DNA of 64,000 bases, from contig OY969814.1 in assembly GCA_963703345.1 (NCBI GenBank), positions 1,056,001 to 1,120,000 of the forward strand. The letters are read 5' to 3'. Under the pieces are notes generated by a model. The model had not been told where the DNA came from and did not search any database. It worked only from the letters and a program-made list of their open reading frames with translations. Both the position numbers and the translations under genes were made by a program. Below, piece by piece: positions 9,231-18,708 of this stretch; positions within the stretch are counted from its first letter, which is position 1; each line of letters opens with the position of its first letter. The DNA is from an uncultured Chloroflexia bacterium (GTDB taxonomy: Bacteria; Chloroflexota; Dehalococcoidia; DSTF01; JALHUB01).

Positions 9231-10700
9231 GTGGTGACAGCTCAGACTGAAGTCAAGAAGTACAATCTTCTCATCAACGGAGAGCGGCGGGAAGCGAGCA
9301 CTCGGGAGACCTCCGAGCGGCGGAATCCCGCGGATCAGACGCTGGTTGCAGTGCTCCCGATGGCTAGTGAAGGCGACCTCGATCTCGCGGTTGAGGCCGC
9401 GCGCAAGGCTTTCGACGGGGGCGCCTGGTCGGCAAGAGCAGCGCAAAGGGCGTCGGTTTTGCGCAAGGCGGCTGCGCTAATCAGGGCGGAATCTGAGATG
9501 CTTGTCCCGCTTCTCAGTCGGGAGGTCGGGAAGCCTCTGTTTGAGTCGAGAATCGAGGTTCTCGGCATGGCCAATGTCTATGATACGTACGCGAACATGG
9601 CTGAGAACATCCGGGGCAGGGTGATCACGAACGCCAGCCCCACCGTTGTCGGTATGGTTCTCAAGGAGCCTGTGGGTGTGGTCGGCCTCATCACTCCCTG
9701 GAACTGGCCTCTCCTTTTGCTCACCTGGAAACTGGGAGCCGCCCTGGCCGCCGGTTGCACCACGGTCATCAAACCGTCGATCCTCACCGGTGCCACGACT
9801 TATGAGGTCGCGCGCATCTTCATTGAGGCAGGAGTGCCGCCGGGTGTCATTAACGTGATCACGGGGAAGGCGAGCGTCGTCGGCGAAAAGCTCGTCGCCC
9901 ACGAGGGGGTCGACAAGATCTGCTTCACCGGGTCCACCGCAACCGGGCGCCACATCATGGAGGTCGCGGCCGGGAACGTCAAGAAGATATCGCTTGAGCT
10001 GGGCGGGAAGTCGCCGAACGTGGTCTTCGCCGACGCGGACATCAATGCGGCCGTTACCGGCTCACTGACGGGGGCGTTCCTGAACTGCGGTCAGACGTGC
10101 CAGGCCGGGACGAGGCTGCTGCTGCAGCGCCAGATTCACGACGAGTTCATGGAGAAGTTCCTGGCGCTGGTCGGAAACATGAAGGTCGGGAACCCGGTGG
10201 ATCCCACTACCAACCTTGGCCCCCTGGTATCAGAAGACCAGATGAATATCGTGACCGGCTACATCGAGCTTGGGAAGAAGGAAGGCGCCAAGCTGGTGAA
10301 AGGCGGGGACCGCCTCGCCGGCGAGCCCTACGATAGTGGCTTTTTCGTCGAGCCGACGGTCTTCGACAACGTCGACAACAAGATGCGCATCGCCCAGGAA
10401 GAGATCTTCGGGCCCGTAGTCTCGGTTATGACATTCGATGACGCGGAAGAGGCGCTGGCGATCTCCAACGACACGGTCTATGGGCTGGCGGCCGCCGTCT
10501 GGTCGAAGGACCTGAGCATCGTGATGAAGTTCGTTAGAGGCTTCAGAGCAGGTACGGTCTGGGTAAACTGCTACCACTCCTCCGGCGTCAACAACATGCC
10601 CTTCGGCGGCTACAAACAGAGCGGGATCGGGCGAGAATGGGGGATGGAGGGTCTCGAGATATTCATGGAGACTAAGAGCGTCCACATCAACCACGCGTAG
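9231..10700 (+). CDS. NAD(P)-dependent aldehyde dehydrogenase
   Basis: ITPWNWP, FTGSTATG, LELGGKSP, catalytic NCGQTCQAG, EEIFGPV, PFGGYKQSGIGRE. Confidence 0.95.
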   Translation: MVTAQTEVKKYNLLINGERREASTRETSERRNPADQTLVAVLPMASEGDLDLAVEAARKAFDGGAWSARAAQRASVLRKAAALIRAESEMLVPLLSREVGKPLFESRIEVLGMANVYDTYANMAENIRGRVITNASPTVVGMVLKEPVGVVGLITPWNWPLLLLTWKLGAALAAGCTTVIKPSILTGATTYEVARIFIEAGVPPGVINVITGKASVVGEKLVAHEGVDKICFTGSTATGRHIMEVAAGNVKKISLELGGKSPNVVFADADINAAVTGSLTGAFLNCGQTCQAGTRLLLQRQIHDEFMEKFLALVGNMKVGNPVDPTTNLGPLVSEDQMNIVTGYIELGKKEGAKLVKGGDRLAGEPYDSGFFVEPTVFDNVDNKMRIAQEEIFGPVVSVMTFDDAEEALAISNDTVYGLAAAVWSKDLSIVMKFVRGFRAGTVWVNCYHSSGVNNMPFGGYKQSGIGREWGMEGLEIFMETKSVHINHA

Positions 10701-10802
10701 AAAGCGTGGCGGGAGCCTCGACGACCCGGGTGACGGGCGCGAATGCGACGCGTGCCGGTGCGATAGGCGAGGGTTCGCGTCCAATGCGTGCGGAGGGCAG
10801 AA

Positions 10803-10858
10803 GATTTCGAGACGGGCGTTGGTGCCCCCCAAAGGTCGCCATTTCGAAATCGTGACGG
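10803..10858 (+). repeat. Dispersed att-like motif, copy 2
   Basis: GATTTCGA...TTGGTGCCCCCCAAAGGTCGCCATTTCGAAATCGTGACGG with an 8-bp inverted repeat GATTTCGA/TCGAAATC. Confidence 0.7.
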
Positions 10859-11242
10859 ATCCGCTTCGCGCGACTACGTGCGGAGCGAGGCATTGTGGGA
10901 CGTCCGCCGCATTTAACTCGACGACGAAGCTGCACGGGGATGGCCCGAGCGCCGAAGAGCCTCCCTTGCGGATCTCCTACGCTGGCACCTCTTGCTGCTC
11001 GACCGGAACAGCTGCCCTCCCCCACTGCCGCGGCAATGCCCAACATAGTCCCACACCGCCATCAAATGTGAGCATAAACACGGGGGCCTTTCTCGTTCAC
11101 GATAGGAATTAACCCCGCCGGCCAATGCGTTGTCTCCCGCAGCCTCGATGGGGAGGAGCTAGGGCGTGCAGCAGGACGCTCGATAGGTCCGCGAGAACAA
11201 GGTCAGGTCGCGTCTCTCGCCACTCGCTGTCCTCGCCGGAGA

Positions 11243-12484
11243 CTACTGGATGACCCTATCGCGCTGGAGCGCGTCCAGCTCCGCCTCGGTCATCCCCAAG
11301 AGCTCCCGGAACACATAGTCATTGTGTTCGCCGAGCAGAGGAGCATGCCGCGCCTCCACTTCGCCCCCCGACATCTTCCAGGGTGGGCCGGCGACCAGGC
11401 GACGTCCCAACTCCGGGTGGTCGATTTCGATCCAGGCGCCGCGAGCGCGAAGGTGCGGGTCATAGAACAGGTCCTCGGCATTGCGCGACGGCGCTGCGGC
11501 GATCCCCTGCCCGGCAAGCGCGTTCGCCACGAAATCGCGGTCACGAGCGCGCGTCCACTCAGAGATAATGCGGTCGAGCTCAGCCTCATTCTTCTTTCGA
11601 GAAGCGGCATCGGCGAATCGGGGATCGGCGGCAAGCTCGCCATGTCCGATAACGCGCGCCAGGGCGGCGAACTCCTCGTCGGTCTGCACGGCGATGGCCA
11701 CCCAGCGGTCGACTCCCCAGCATCGATAGACGTTGTGCGGCGCCAGCAACTCATCGGCGTTGCCCGAACGGCCGGGGCTGCGACCGTTCATCTCGTAGTC
11801 GAGCAGCACTTCCCCAATGAGAGAACTCACACCCTCGCACTGCGAGTAGTCGATGAACTGGCCTTCGCCGGTATCGGCGCGGTGGTGCAGGGCGGCGATG
11901 ACAGCGAATGCCGCCCCGGTGGCGTTCATCACGTCCACGTCAGGGGTGGTAGTGCTGGGCGGGCCGTCGGGATGGCCCGTGATGTGGGAGGCGCCGCCCA
12001 CGGCGTGATGAACCATAGCGTAGCCGGCGTACTGGCTTTCCGGGCCGGTCGCGCCGCGCGAGCTGGAGGACAGCATGATGATCTTCGGATTGACCTGCCG
12101 CAGAGCCTCGTAGCCAAGGCCGATCCTCTCCATCGTGCCCGCCCGCATGTTCTCAATCACGACGTCACTTACGCCTACGAGCCGCTTCACCAGGTCGATC
12201 CCCTCCGTCCGATCGAGATTTATCGTGATGCCCAGCTTGTTGACGTTGAACGAGTTGAAGGCCATGCCCTGATTGGGCGGAATCGTCCGCGGCGCTGGCG
12301 CGAACAGCGGCCAGACAATGGCGCGACGCGTCAGGTCCATGCGCTCTTCACTCTCGATCTTGATGACCTCCGCGCCCAGCAGAGCAAACAGGAATGTTGC
12401 GTGCGGTCCGGCAGCGACCCAGGTGAAATCGAGCACCCGCACGCCCCTTAGAGGAGGAGAGTTCGCTTCCGGTGGTTGGGTCAA
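11243..12484 (-). CDS. Family III CoA-transferase (CaiB/BaiF; BbsF-like)
   Basis: PLRGVRVLDFTWVAAGP, GAEVIKIE, APLLGEHN. TTG start overlaps the upstream TGA. Confidence 0.9.
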   Translation of the reverse strand: MTQPPEANSPPLRGVRVLDFTWVAAGPHATFLFALLGAEVIKIESEERMDLTRRAIVWPLFAPAPRTIPPNQGMAFNSFNVNKLGITINLDRTEGIDLVKRLVGVSDVVIENMRAGTMERIGLGYEALRQVNPKIIMLSSSSRGATGPESQYAGYAMVHHAVGGASHITGHPDGPPSTTTPDVDVMNATGAAFAVIAALHHRADTGEGQFIDYSQCEGVSSLIGEVLLDYEMNGRSPGRSGNADELLAPHNVYRCWGVDRWVAIAVQTDEEFAALARVIGHGELAADPRFADAASRKKNEAELDRIISEWTRARDRDFVANALAGQGIAAAPSRNAEDLFYDPHLRARGAWIEIDHPELGRRLVAGPPWKMSGGEVEARHAPLLGEHNDYVFRELLGMTEAELDALQRDRVIQ

Positions 12485-13704
12485 GGCTCGCTCACCTTCC
12501 ACACCGCTCCCGTCTGGCAAAGGCTCGTGAACTCATCAGGAGAGTATCCAAGCATGTCTTCAAGCACTTCCTTGTTGTGCTGGCCGAGCAAGGGCGCCGG
12601 TCGCCCCACCGCAGGCGGCGAAGTCGGCATCTTGTAGGGCCAGCCGGCGTAGCGCAACCTGCCCGCCCGTGGGTGATCGACCTCGACAAAGTACTCACGG
12701 GCAAGGTACTGTCTGTAGTTCATCACCTCCTCGGCGCTGTAGACCGAGCCGATGGCGAATCCCTTGGCCGCCCCTCGGTGGTGCACGTCTTCTTTGCTCT
12801 GCTGCGCCGCCCATTCAGCGATTCGGTCTGCTATCTCCATCAGGTGTCCGGAACGATAGACGAGAGTGCCCCATTCTGGGCCCGAGGCCCAATCCGGATT
12901 CCCCATCAGGTCGACGAAAGCGCGCCAGTGGCGGTCCTCGATGAGCAAGGCGATAACGTAGCCGTCCTTGCACCGCAGCCGGCCTTGGGCGGGCGGACGG
13001 TCAGGAACGCGACTCCAATTGGCGTGGTCATAGATCGACGAAGCGACGTTCGTCCTCACCAACGCCAGGATGGCCTCCTGCTCTGATACGTCGATCAGCC
13101 GCCCAGCACCGTTAGCTTTGCGCCCATACAGGGCGGCAGCGACGGCAGCGGCGGCGGTGAGGCCGGTGTGGTAGCCGGTAGGATAGCTACCCGCCTTGAT
13201 AGGAGCGCGGCTGGTGTCCTCCGACCGGGCTGGCAGGAGGTTGCCCAAACCGCCGGCGTGATAGGAGGTGAGCTCGCTGCCTCTCTGGCGCGCGCGAGGG
13301 CCAGTGCGGCCGTAAGGCGTAAGCGATGCGAGGATAAGGCCCGGATTGTGCTGGCGTACGTCTTCCCAGCCGAAGCCGAGAGACTCCAGCCTGTCGGGAC
13401 TGTGGTTGTCAATGAGTACGTCGGCCCACGAGAGGAGACGGCGGAATGCTTCTTTTCCGGCGGGACGCTCGAGGTCAAGGCTGACGCCGCGTTTGCTCGT
13501 GTTCAGGTACAGGAAGAGGCCGCTTCGCTCCGGGTCAGGCTCATCGCCGAGAAAAGGGCCGCGCTGCCGCGCCGGGTCGCCGTCCGGCGGCTCTTCCACC
13601 TTGATGACATCGGCTCCCATGTCGGCGAAGAGCTTGCCGCAGTAAGGGCCGGAGACCATTGTTGCGTATTCAACTATTCTGACGTTGCCAAAAGCCTGTC
13701 GCAT
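12481..13704 (-). CDS. Family III CoA-transferase (CaiB/BaiF; BbsE-like)
   Basis: GPYCGKLFADMGADVIKVEEPPDGD, FLYLNTSKRG, APLLGQHN. Confidence 0.9.
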   Translation of the reverse strand: MRQAFGNVRIVEYATMVSGPYCGKLFADMGADVIKVEEPPDGDPARQRGPFLGDEPDPERSGLFLYLNTSKRGVSLDLERPAGKEAFRRLLSWADVLIDNHSPDRLESLGFGWEDVRQHNPGLILASLTPYGRTGPRARQRGSELTSYHAGGLGNLLPARSEDTSRAPIKAGSYPTGYHTGLTAAAAVAAALYGRKANGAGRLIDVSEQEAILALVRTNVASSIYDHANWSRVPDRPPAQGRLRCKDGYVIALLIEDRHWRAFVDLMGNPDWASGPEWGTLVYRSGHLMEIADRIAEWAAQQSKEDVHHRGAAKGFAIGSVYSAEEVMNYRQYLAREYFVEVDHPRAGRLRYAGWPYKMPTSPPAVGRPAPLLGQHNKEVLEDMLGYSPDEFTSLCQTGAVWKVSEP

Positions 13705-13888
13705 CAAACGGTGTCCCCGTTGCAAGATGAAGAAATCTTACTATGGAGAGCGGAAACGGCGCTAGACATTCCGCGGCGGTCTGTCGCGCACCAGCGGAAG
13801 ACCTTGACATGACAGAATCACCGCGATATAGACTGAATGCGGTTCGAGAGCGGGGTCTCCTCCTCAGCCCCGTCGAAAGGAGCGGCCG

Positions 13889-14665
13889 GTGAGTTACGAG
13901 ACGCTGATAGTCACCAAGGACGAACACATCACCACCGTCCGGTTCAACCGTCCTGACCGCCTGAACGCCATCGACAGAATGCTCACGCGTGAGCTAACCG
14001 ACGCTATTCGCGAGATCGCGGACGACGCTGAGACCCGCGTCGTCATTCTGACCGGCGGCGACAAGGTCTTCTGCGTGGGCGCCGACATTAAGGAACAGGC
14101 GTCAGCCGACACCAGCCGTGGCCCGACGCTCCGGCGGAAAGCAACCGTTTTCGACGAGATCGAGCGGTTGGACCGTGTTGTCATCGCCGCTATCGCCGGC
14201 TACGCGCTCGGCGGCGGCCTGGAGTTCGCCCTGACGTGCGACCTGCGTATCGCCGCCAGCAACGCGAAGTTCGGTCTGCCGGAAGTCAAACTCGGCGTGA
14301 TCCCTTCCCGCGGAGGCACGCAGCGTCTCCCGCGACTCATCGGCGCGGCCAGGGCCAAGGAGTTCATGCTGTTGGGCGAGACCATCGACGCGAAACGTGC
14401 CGAGGAGATCGGGCTCGTAAGCCGGGTGGTCGAACCTGAGGCGCTGATGGATGAGGCGCTAGCGATTGCGCGGACGCTGGCCGAACTGCCGCCTCTGGCT
14501 GTTCGCGCCATCAAGAGCTGCGTGAACACCGGCATGGATACAAGTCTTGCCGTGGGGCTCGAGCACGAGGCGCGAATCGTGAGCATGCTTCATACCTCTG
14601 AGGACAGGGCGGAGGGAATGCGGGCTTTCGTCGAGAAGAGGAAGCCCGTGTTCAAGGGGCGTTGA
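13889..14665 (+). CDS. Enoyl-CoA hydratase/isomerase
   Basis: FCVGADI, ALGGGLEFALTCD, FGLPEVKLG (both catalytic Glu), GGTQRLPRLIG; AAGGAG RBS. Confidence 0.93.
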   Translation: MSYETLIVTKDEHITTVRFNRPDRLNAIDRMLTRELTDAIREIADDAETRVVILTGGDKVFCVGADIKEQASADTSRGPTLRRKATVFDEIERLDRVVIAAIAGYALGGGLEFALTCDLRIAASNAKFGLPEVKLGVIPSRGGTQRLPRLIGAARAKEFMLLGETIDAKRAEEIGLVSRVVEPEALMDEALAIARTLAELPPLAVRAIKSCVNTGMDTSLAVGLEHEARIVSMLHTSEDRAEGMRAFVEKRKPVFKGR

Positions 14666-14871
14666 GGTCTCGCATAACCACCAGGACGCCGCGCTCCTGG
14701 TTTCGGAGTGGTGGAATTCGGCGGAGACCAGGGAATGGCACGGCTGCTGGGACACCCGCGTGCGCACCGCTGCACCTGCTGGGTTGCTGTCCCACCGGAG
14801 TTGCTGGCCTGAAAGAAAGCGTTCTCGCCTCGACAGGATGAGAGCTGCTCTTGACTTTAGAGGAGAGAGGA

Positions 14872-15309
14872 ATGAGTGAGACTGAAGAGAGTCCGAAGAC
14901 CAAGCGCATGGTGCCCCTTGAGGAGGGGCTATTCCGCCTTCCGGAACGGTCCGACGGCAAGCCGGTATTGCTGGGGAGCCGTTGTCCAGGCTGCGGTGCG
15001 CACTTCTTCCCGCAGCGGCAGATCTGCCTGGCGTGCGGTCGCAACGGCCTCGAAGAAGCGGAATTGAGCGGCCGCGGCAAGGTGTGGACATACACCATAG
15101 CCCGTCAGACGCCGCCCTGCTCCCTCATCGAGGCCCCATACGCTGTCGTCGTCGTAGAGCTTCCTGAGAATGTGTCAGTGGAGACGGTGCTAACCGATTG
15201 CGACCTGGACTCGGTGCAAGTGGGTATGGCGGTGGAAGCGGTTCTGGCCAAGATGACGGAGGACGAGGAAGGCAACGACGTCGTGTCCTTCAAGTTCAGG
15301 CCGGTCTAG
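14872..15309 (+). CDS. Zn-ribbon/OB-fold protein (DUF35; BbsA-like)
   Basis: GSRCPGCGAHFFPQRQICLACG, GKVWTYT, VGMAV. Confidence 0.9.
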   Translation: MSETEESPKTKRMVPLEEGLFRLPERSDGKPVLLGSRCPGCGAHFFPQRQICLACGRNGLEEAELSGRGKVWTYTIARQTPPCSLIEAPYAVVVVELPENVSVETVLTDCDLDSVQVGMAVEAVLAKMTEDEEGNDVVSFKFRPV

Positions 15310-15373
15310 AATCAGGAGTGCTCTTCAACTGAAACTAGTCTAGTCGCCTGGTCTTGGCCTGGGGAGGCATGCT

Positions 15374-16507
15374 ATGAGCAATGACAAGAGGGTTGTGATA
15401 TTGGGCGTGGGGCTTCACCCCTTTGGTCGGTTTCCGACAGAGAGCCGGAACGACCTAGGTCGCACGGCCGGCTTGGAGGCACTGAAGGATGCCGGGGTCG
15501 ACTTCCGGGACATCGAGGCCGGCTTCTGCGGACGGGTGCAGCCGCCAACAGGCGGTGGCGTGGGCGTGTTCGGCGAGCTGGGGAAGACGGGCATCCCCGT
15601 CACAAACGTGGAGTTGGCCTGCGCCAGCTCATCCCGTGCTGCAGGGCTCGCGGCCGATGCCATCATCGCGGAAAGGCACGAGATGTGCATGGTCATCGGC
15701 GTGGAGAAGATGCGCCGGGGCATGATCGCCGTCGGCGTGGGTCCGGGCGGCGAGGTGAGCTTCAAGGCCGCGATGGGGATGGCCCTGATGCCCGGCGAAT
15801 ACGCCCTGATGGCCCGGCGACACATGTCCCTCTACGGCACGAAGCCGGAGCACTTCGCCCAGGTGTCGGTCAAGTCGCACAAGAACGGCGCCCTGAATCC
15901 CAACGCTCAGTACCAGACGGAGATAGCCCTGGAAGAGGTCATGAATTCGCGGATGATCGCCGACCCGATCACCCTGTATCAGTGCTGCCCCACCAGCGAG
16001 GGAGCGTCGTCGGTGGTCCTGTGCTCTGAGAAGAAGGCGCGCCAGTACACGACCAAGCCTGTCTATCTCACCGCCTGGGGCGGCGGCACTCCCATGTACA
16101 CGCCGGGCGAGATCACCCTGGGCGAGGGCCCTACGGAATATGTGGCGCAGAAGGTATACAAGATGGCGGGCCTGGGGCCCGAGGACGTGGATGTGGCCCA
16201 GGTGCACGATGCCTTCACCGCCGGCGAGATCTTCACCGTCGAGAACCTGGGGTTCTGCAAGAAGGGGGAGGGCGGTCCCTTTGTCTGGGAGGGGAACACC
16301 GAGATAGGCGGCAGCAAGCCCGTCAACACCGACGGCGGCCTCCTGAGCAGGGGACATCCCATGGGGGCAACAGGCGGCGCGATGATCACTGAGATCGTGC
16401 GGCAGCTACGCGGTCAGGCGGGACCGCGCCAGGTAGCGAATCCGAAGGTGGGCATGCTGCACAACGCCGGGATCGGCGGCGTCCAGATAATGACCTTTCA
16501 GGTCTGA
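15374..16507 (+). CDS. Thiolase family protein (SCP2-thiolase/BbsB-like)
   Basis: NVELACASSS (catalytic Cys present), VHDAF, GGLLSRGHPMGATG. Confidence 0.92.
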   Translation: MSNDKRVVILGVGLHPFGRFPTESRNDLGRTAGLEALKDAGVDFRDIEAGFCGRVQPPTGGGVGVFGELGKTGIPVTNVELACASSSRAAGLAADAIIAERHEMCMVIGVEKMRRGMIAVGVGPGGEVSFKAAMGMALMPGEYALMARRHMSLYGTKPEHFAQVSVKSHKNGALNPNAQYQTEIALEEVMNSRMIADPITLYQCCPTSEGASSVVLCSEKKARQYTTKPVYLTAWGGGTPMYTPGEITLGEGPTEYVAQKVYKMAGLGPEDVDVAQVHDAFTAGEIFTVENLGFCKKGEGGPFVWEGNTEIGGSKPVNTDGGLLSRGHPMGATGGAMITEIVRQLRGQAGPRQVANPKVGMLHNAGIGGVQIMTFQV

Positions 16508-16616
16508 GCATAGTCGCCCGTACGCCTATCCCACGGCCGGCGTCCGACTGTGGGTTTCGCAAGAGGCCTTCATACGACCTCGTCGCACTGAGAGAACGAA
16601 CAGGAGGCCAGTTGAA

Positions 16617-17402
16617 ATGGACCTTGGACTCACTGATCGGGTAGCGCTGGTCACCGGCGCGGGCCGTGGGATCGGCCGCCAGATTTGCGCGACGCTCGCC
16701 GGGGAGGGCGCGCGCGTGGCAGTAAACGACTTCTTCCAGGAGCGGGCGGAGGAGGTTGCCCAAGAGCTCCGAGAGGCAGGCGGTAAGGCTATCGGCGTGA
16801 CGGCAGATGTGACGGACTCCGATTCGGTACGACAAATGACCAAACAGGTGCTCGACGAATTCGGACAACTGGACATCCTGGTGAACAACGCGGGCATCCC
16901 GGTGTCTCCTGCCGAGGAATCAGGAGGGCCGTACTTCGCGCAGAGCACGCGGAACCAATGGGACAGAACGATGCACGTGATCATCTACGGGGTGATGAAC
17001 TGCAGCCGGGCGGTCATCGAGCACATGTGTGAGCGTCGGTGGGGCCGCGTCATCAGTATCATCTCCGACGCCGGGCGCGTCGGTGAGCCGCGCCTAGTGG
17101 CGTACTCTGCGGCTAAGGGGAGCGTGGTGGCCTTCACGAAGGCTCTGGCCAAGGAGGTTGGCCGGGATTGCGTCACGGTCAACTGCGTGTCGCCGGCCAC
17201 GACTGAGACTGAGGCAACCGCCGCGTGGATTCTCCCCCGAATAGAACAACTGGTACGTCAGTATCCGATGGGAAAGGGGCTAAACCGCCTCGGCCGTCCT
17301 GATGACATAGCCAACGCGGTAGCCTTTCTGGCTTCTGAGCGCGCGGAGTGGATCACCGGGCAGGTGCTGAGCGTCAACGGCGGGTACTCAATGGTGGACT
17401 AG
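16617..17402 (+). CDS. SDR oxidoreductase (FabG/BadH-like)
   Basis: TGAGRGIG, NNAG, SDAGRVG, YSAAK. Confidence 0.9.
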   Translation: MDLGLTDRVALVTGAGRGIGRQICATLAGEGARVAVNDFFQERAEEVAQELREAGGKAIGVTADVTDSDSVRQMTKQVLDEFGQLDILVNNAGIPVSPAEESGGPYFAQSTRNQWDRTMHVIIYGVMNCSRAVIEHMCERRWGRVISIISDAGRVGEPRLVAYSAAKGSVVAFTKALAKEVGRDCVTVNCVSPATTETEATAAWILPRIEQLVRQYPMGKGLNRLGRPDDIANAVAFLASERAEWITGQVLSVNGGYSMVD

Positions 17403-17419
17403 GAACTGTCGGCGCTCTG

Positions 17420-18648
17420 CGGCCCTTGTACTCCGCCGGTACGGTCGACTCGTCCGCGCCGTACGCGTGCGAGACCTGCCGGCAGAGCGAATTGACCAGC
17501 GCCCGTCCGTCCGAGGAGGCCGGCGTTGCGCCGATGAAGCGGACGACTCTCTCCGCCCCGGGATGCGCGGCGCGCGCTTCCTCCGCTGCTTTCGCCATCA
17601 GCGCCGATTTGCCTGAACCGGGCTCACCGAGCAAGGCCAGCGGACTATGATCGGTCCCCTCTATGTAGTTGCCGATGGCATTCAGGATGCTGGCCCAGCC
17701 GGTGAAGAATTCGGCGCGCTTCTCGCCAAAGGCATCATGCTCCGCGGTCTCCTTGTCCAGCGGGTCAGCCTCCAGCCGCGCGACCTCTTCCTCGATGATC
17801 CGGGAGAGGGCGTTGAACACATCATCGCATAGCTGAGGCACGTGGTCGGTGGTCACGCCGCTGCCTGTCCATCCCGCCTCGTAGTCGTGGATGTTGCCGG
17901 GGGGAAGACAGTGCAGCTTCTCCTTTAGGTCGTCCCCCCGCGCGGCGGCCTCGATATCCGGATTGCCGCTGGTGTCCAGATCCACGAAGTCCTTCGCGCT
18001 CAGATCCTGGGGCAGGTCCTTGATCGTCCGGAAGAAGCAGAAGACGCGCTCGGGGGCATCCGCAACCCGTAGCGCCCCCTGGGCGATCTCCTGCTCGGTG
18101 GCCGACGCCTCGTACTTCATGCGGTCGTAGGCCTCCAGCGGCATCCCCTGCACGGCTCGGAGCAGGATGGAACGGATCTCGCGTTCGACCACCTCCCATG
18201 CGTCGAAGTCCTCGTACTCTTCTCCACGTGGCTTCAAGCAGTACTCGGGCCGCACCGCGTTGTCGTCTCTCTCGTACCATTCCCTAAGGCGCTCCTGCTC
18301 CTCCGCGGAAATGCGCCGACAGATCTCTTCGAACTCCTCAGCGACGATCTGTGGCGGCAACGGGCGCCAGCCGTAGCGGTCACCCAGGAGCACGATGAAG
18401 TTGGGACGTGGCGTAATCCTCCGACACCGTTGGATCTCGCCCAGGCAGATGTTCATGGCCTGCTGGTCGAGGGCCGCCTCCTCGCTAACCCCCTAGCGCA
18501 GGTCGATCGCCTGGAACCGGGCGCCGTGCTGCATGCAGAGCTCGCGCAGCCTGGGGAAGGCCCGCTCCTGGAGTGCGTTGCGCTCCTCCTTGAGGTCGCC
18601 GAAGGTGGAGCTCACGAAGATGCGGAATGTCCTGCCTAGCCGTGCCAC
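17420..18648 (-). pseudogene. DUF4062 + NACHT/AAA NTPase (NWD1/TEP1-like), with an internal TAG and truncated 3' end
   Basis: GTG start gives RTFRIFVSSTFGDLKEERNAL...IDLR*GVSEE (TAG at 18493-18495 replaces the W of DLRWG), FIVLLGDRYGW, SATEQEI, Walker A GEPGSGKS, RFIGATP. Homology stops about 60 aa after Walker A. Confidence 0.85.
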
Positions 18649-18708
18649 CTCATGCCTCCTTCTGAGCGGTCCGCCTAGGCGCGGTCACTTGCGCCGCCGG
18701 AACCGCCA

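Noticed and set aside
11066-11081. TGTGA-N6-ACACG, CRP/FNR-like site
   Set aside because: Imperfect second half and no gene start nearby.
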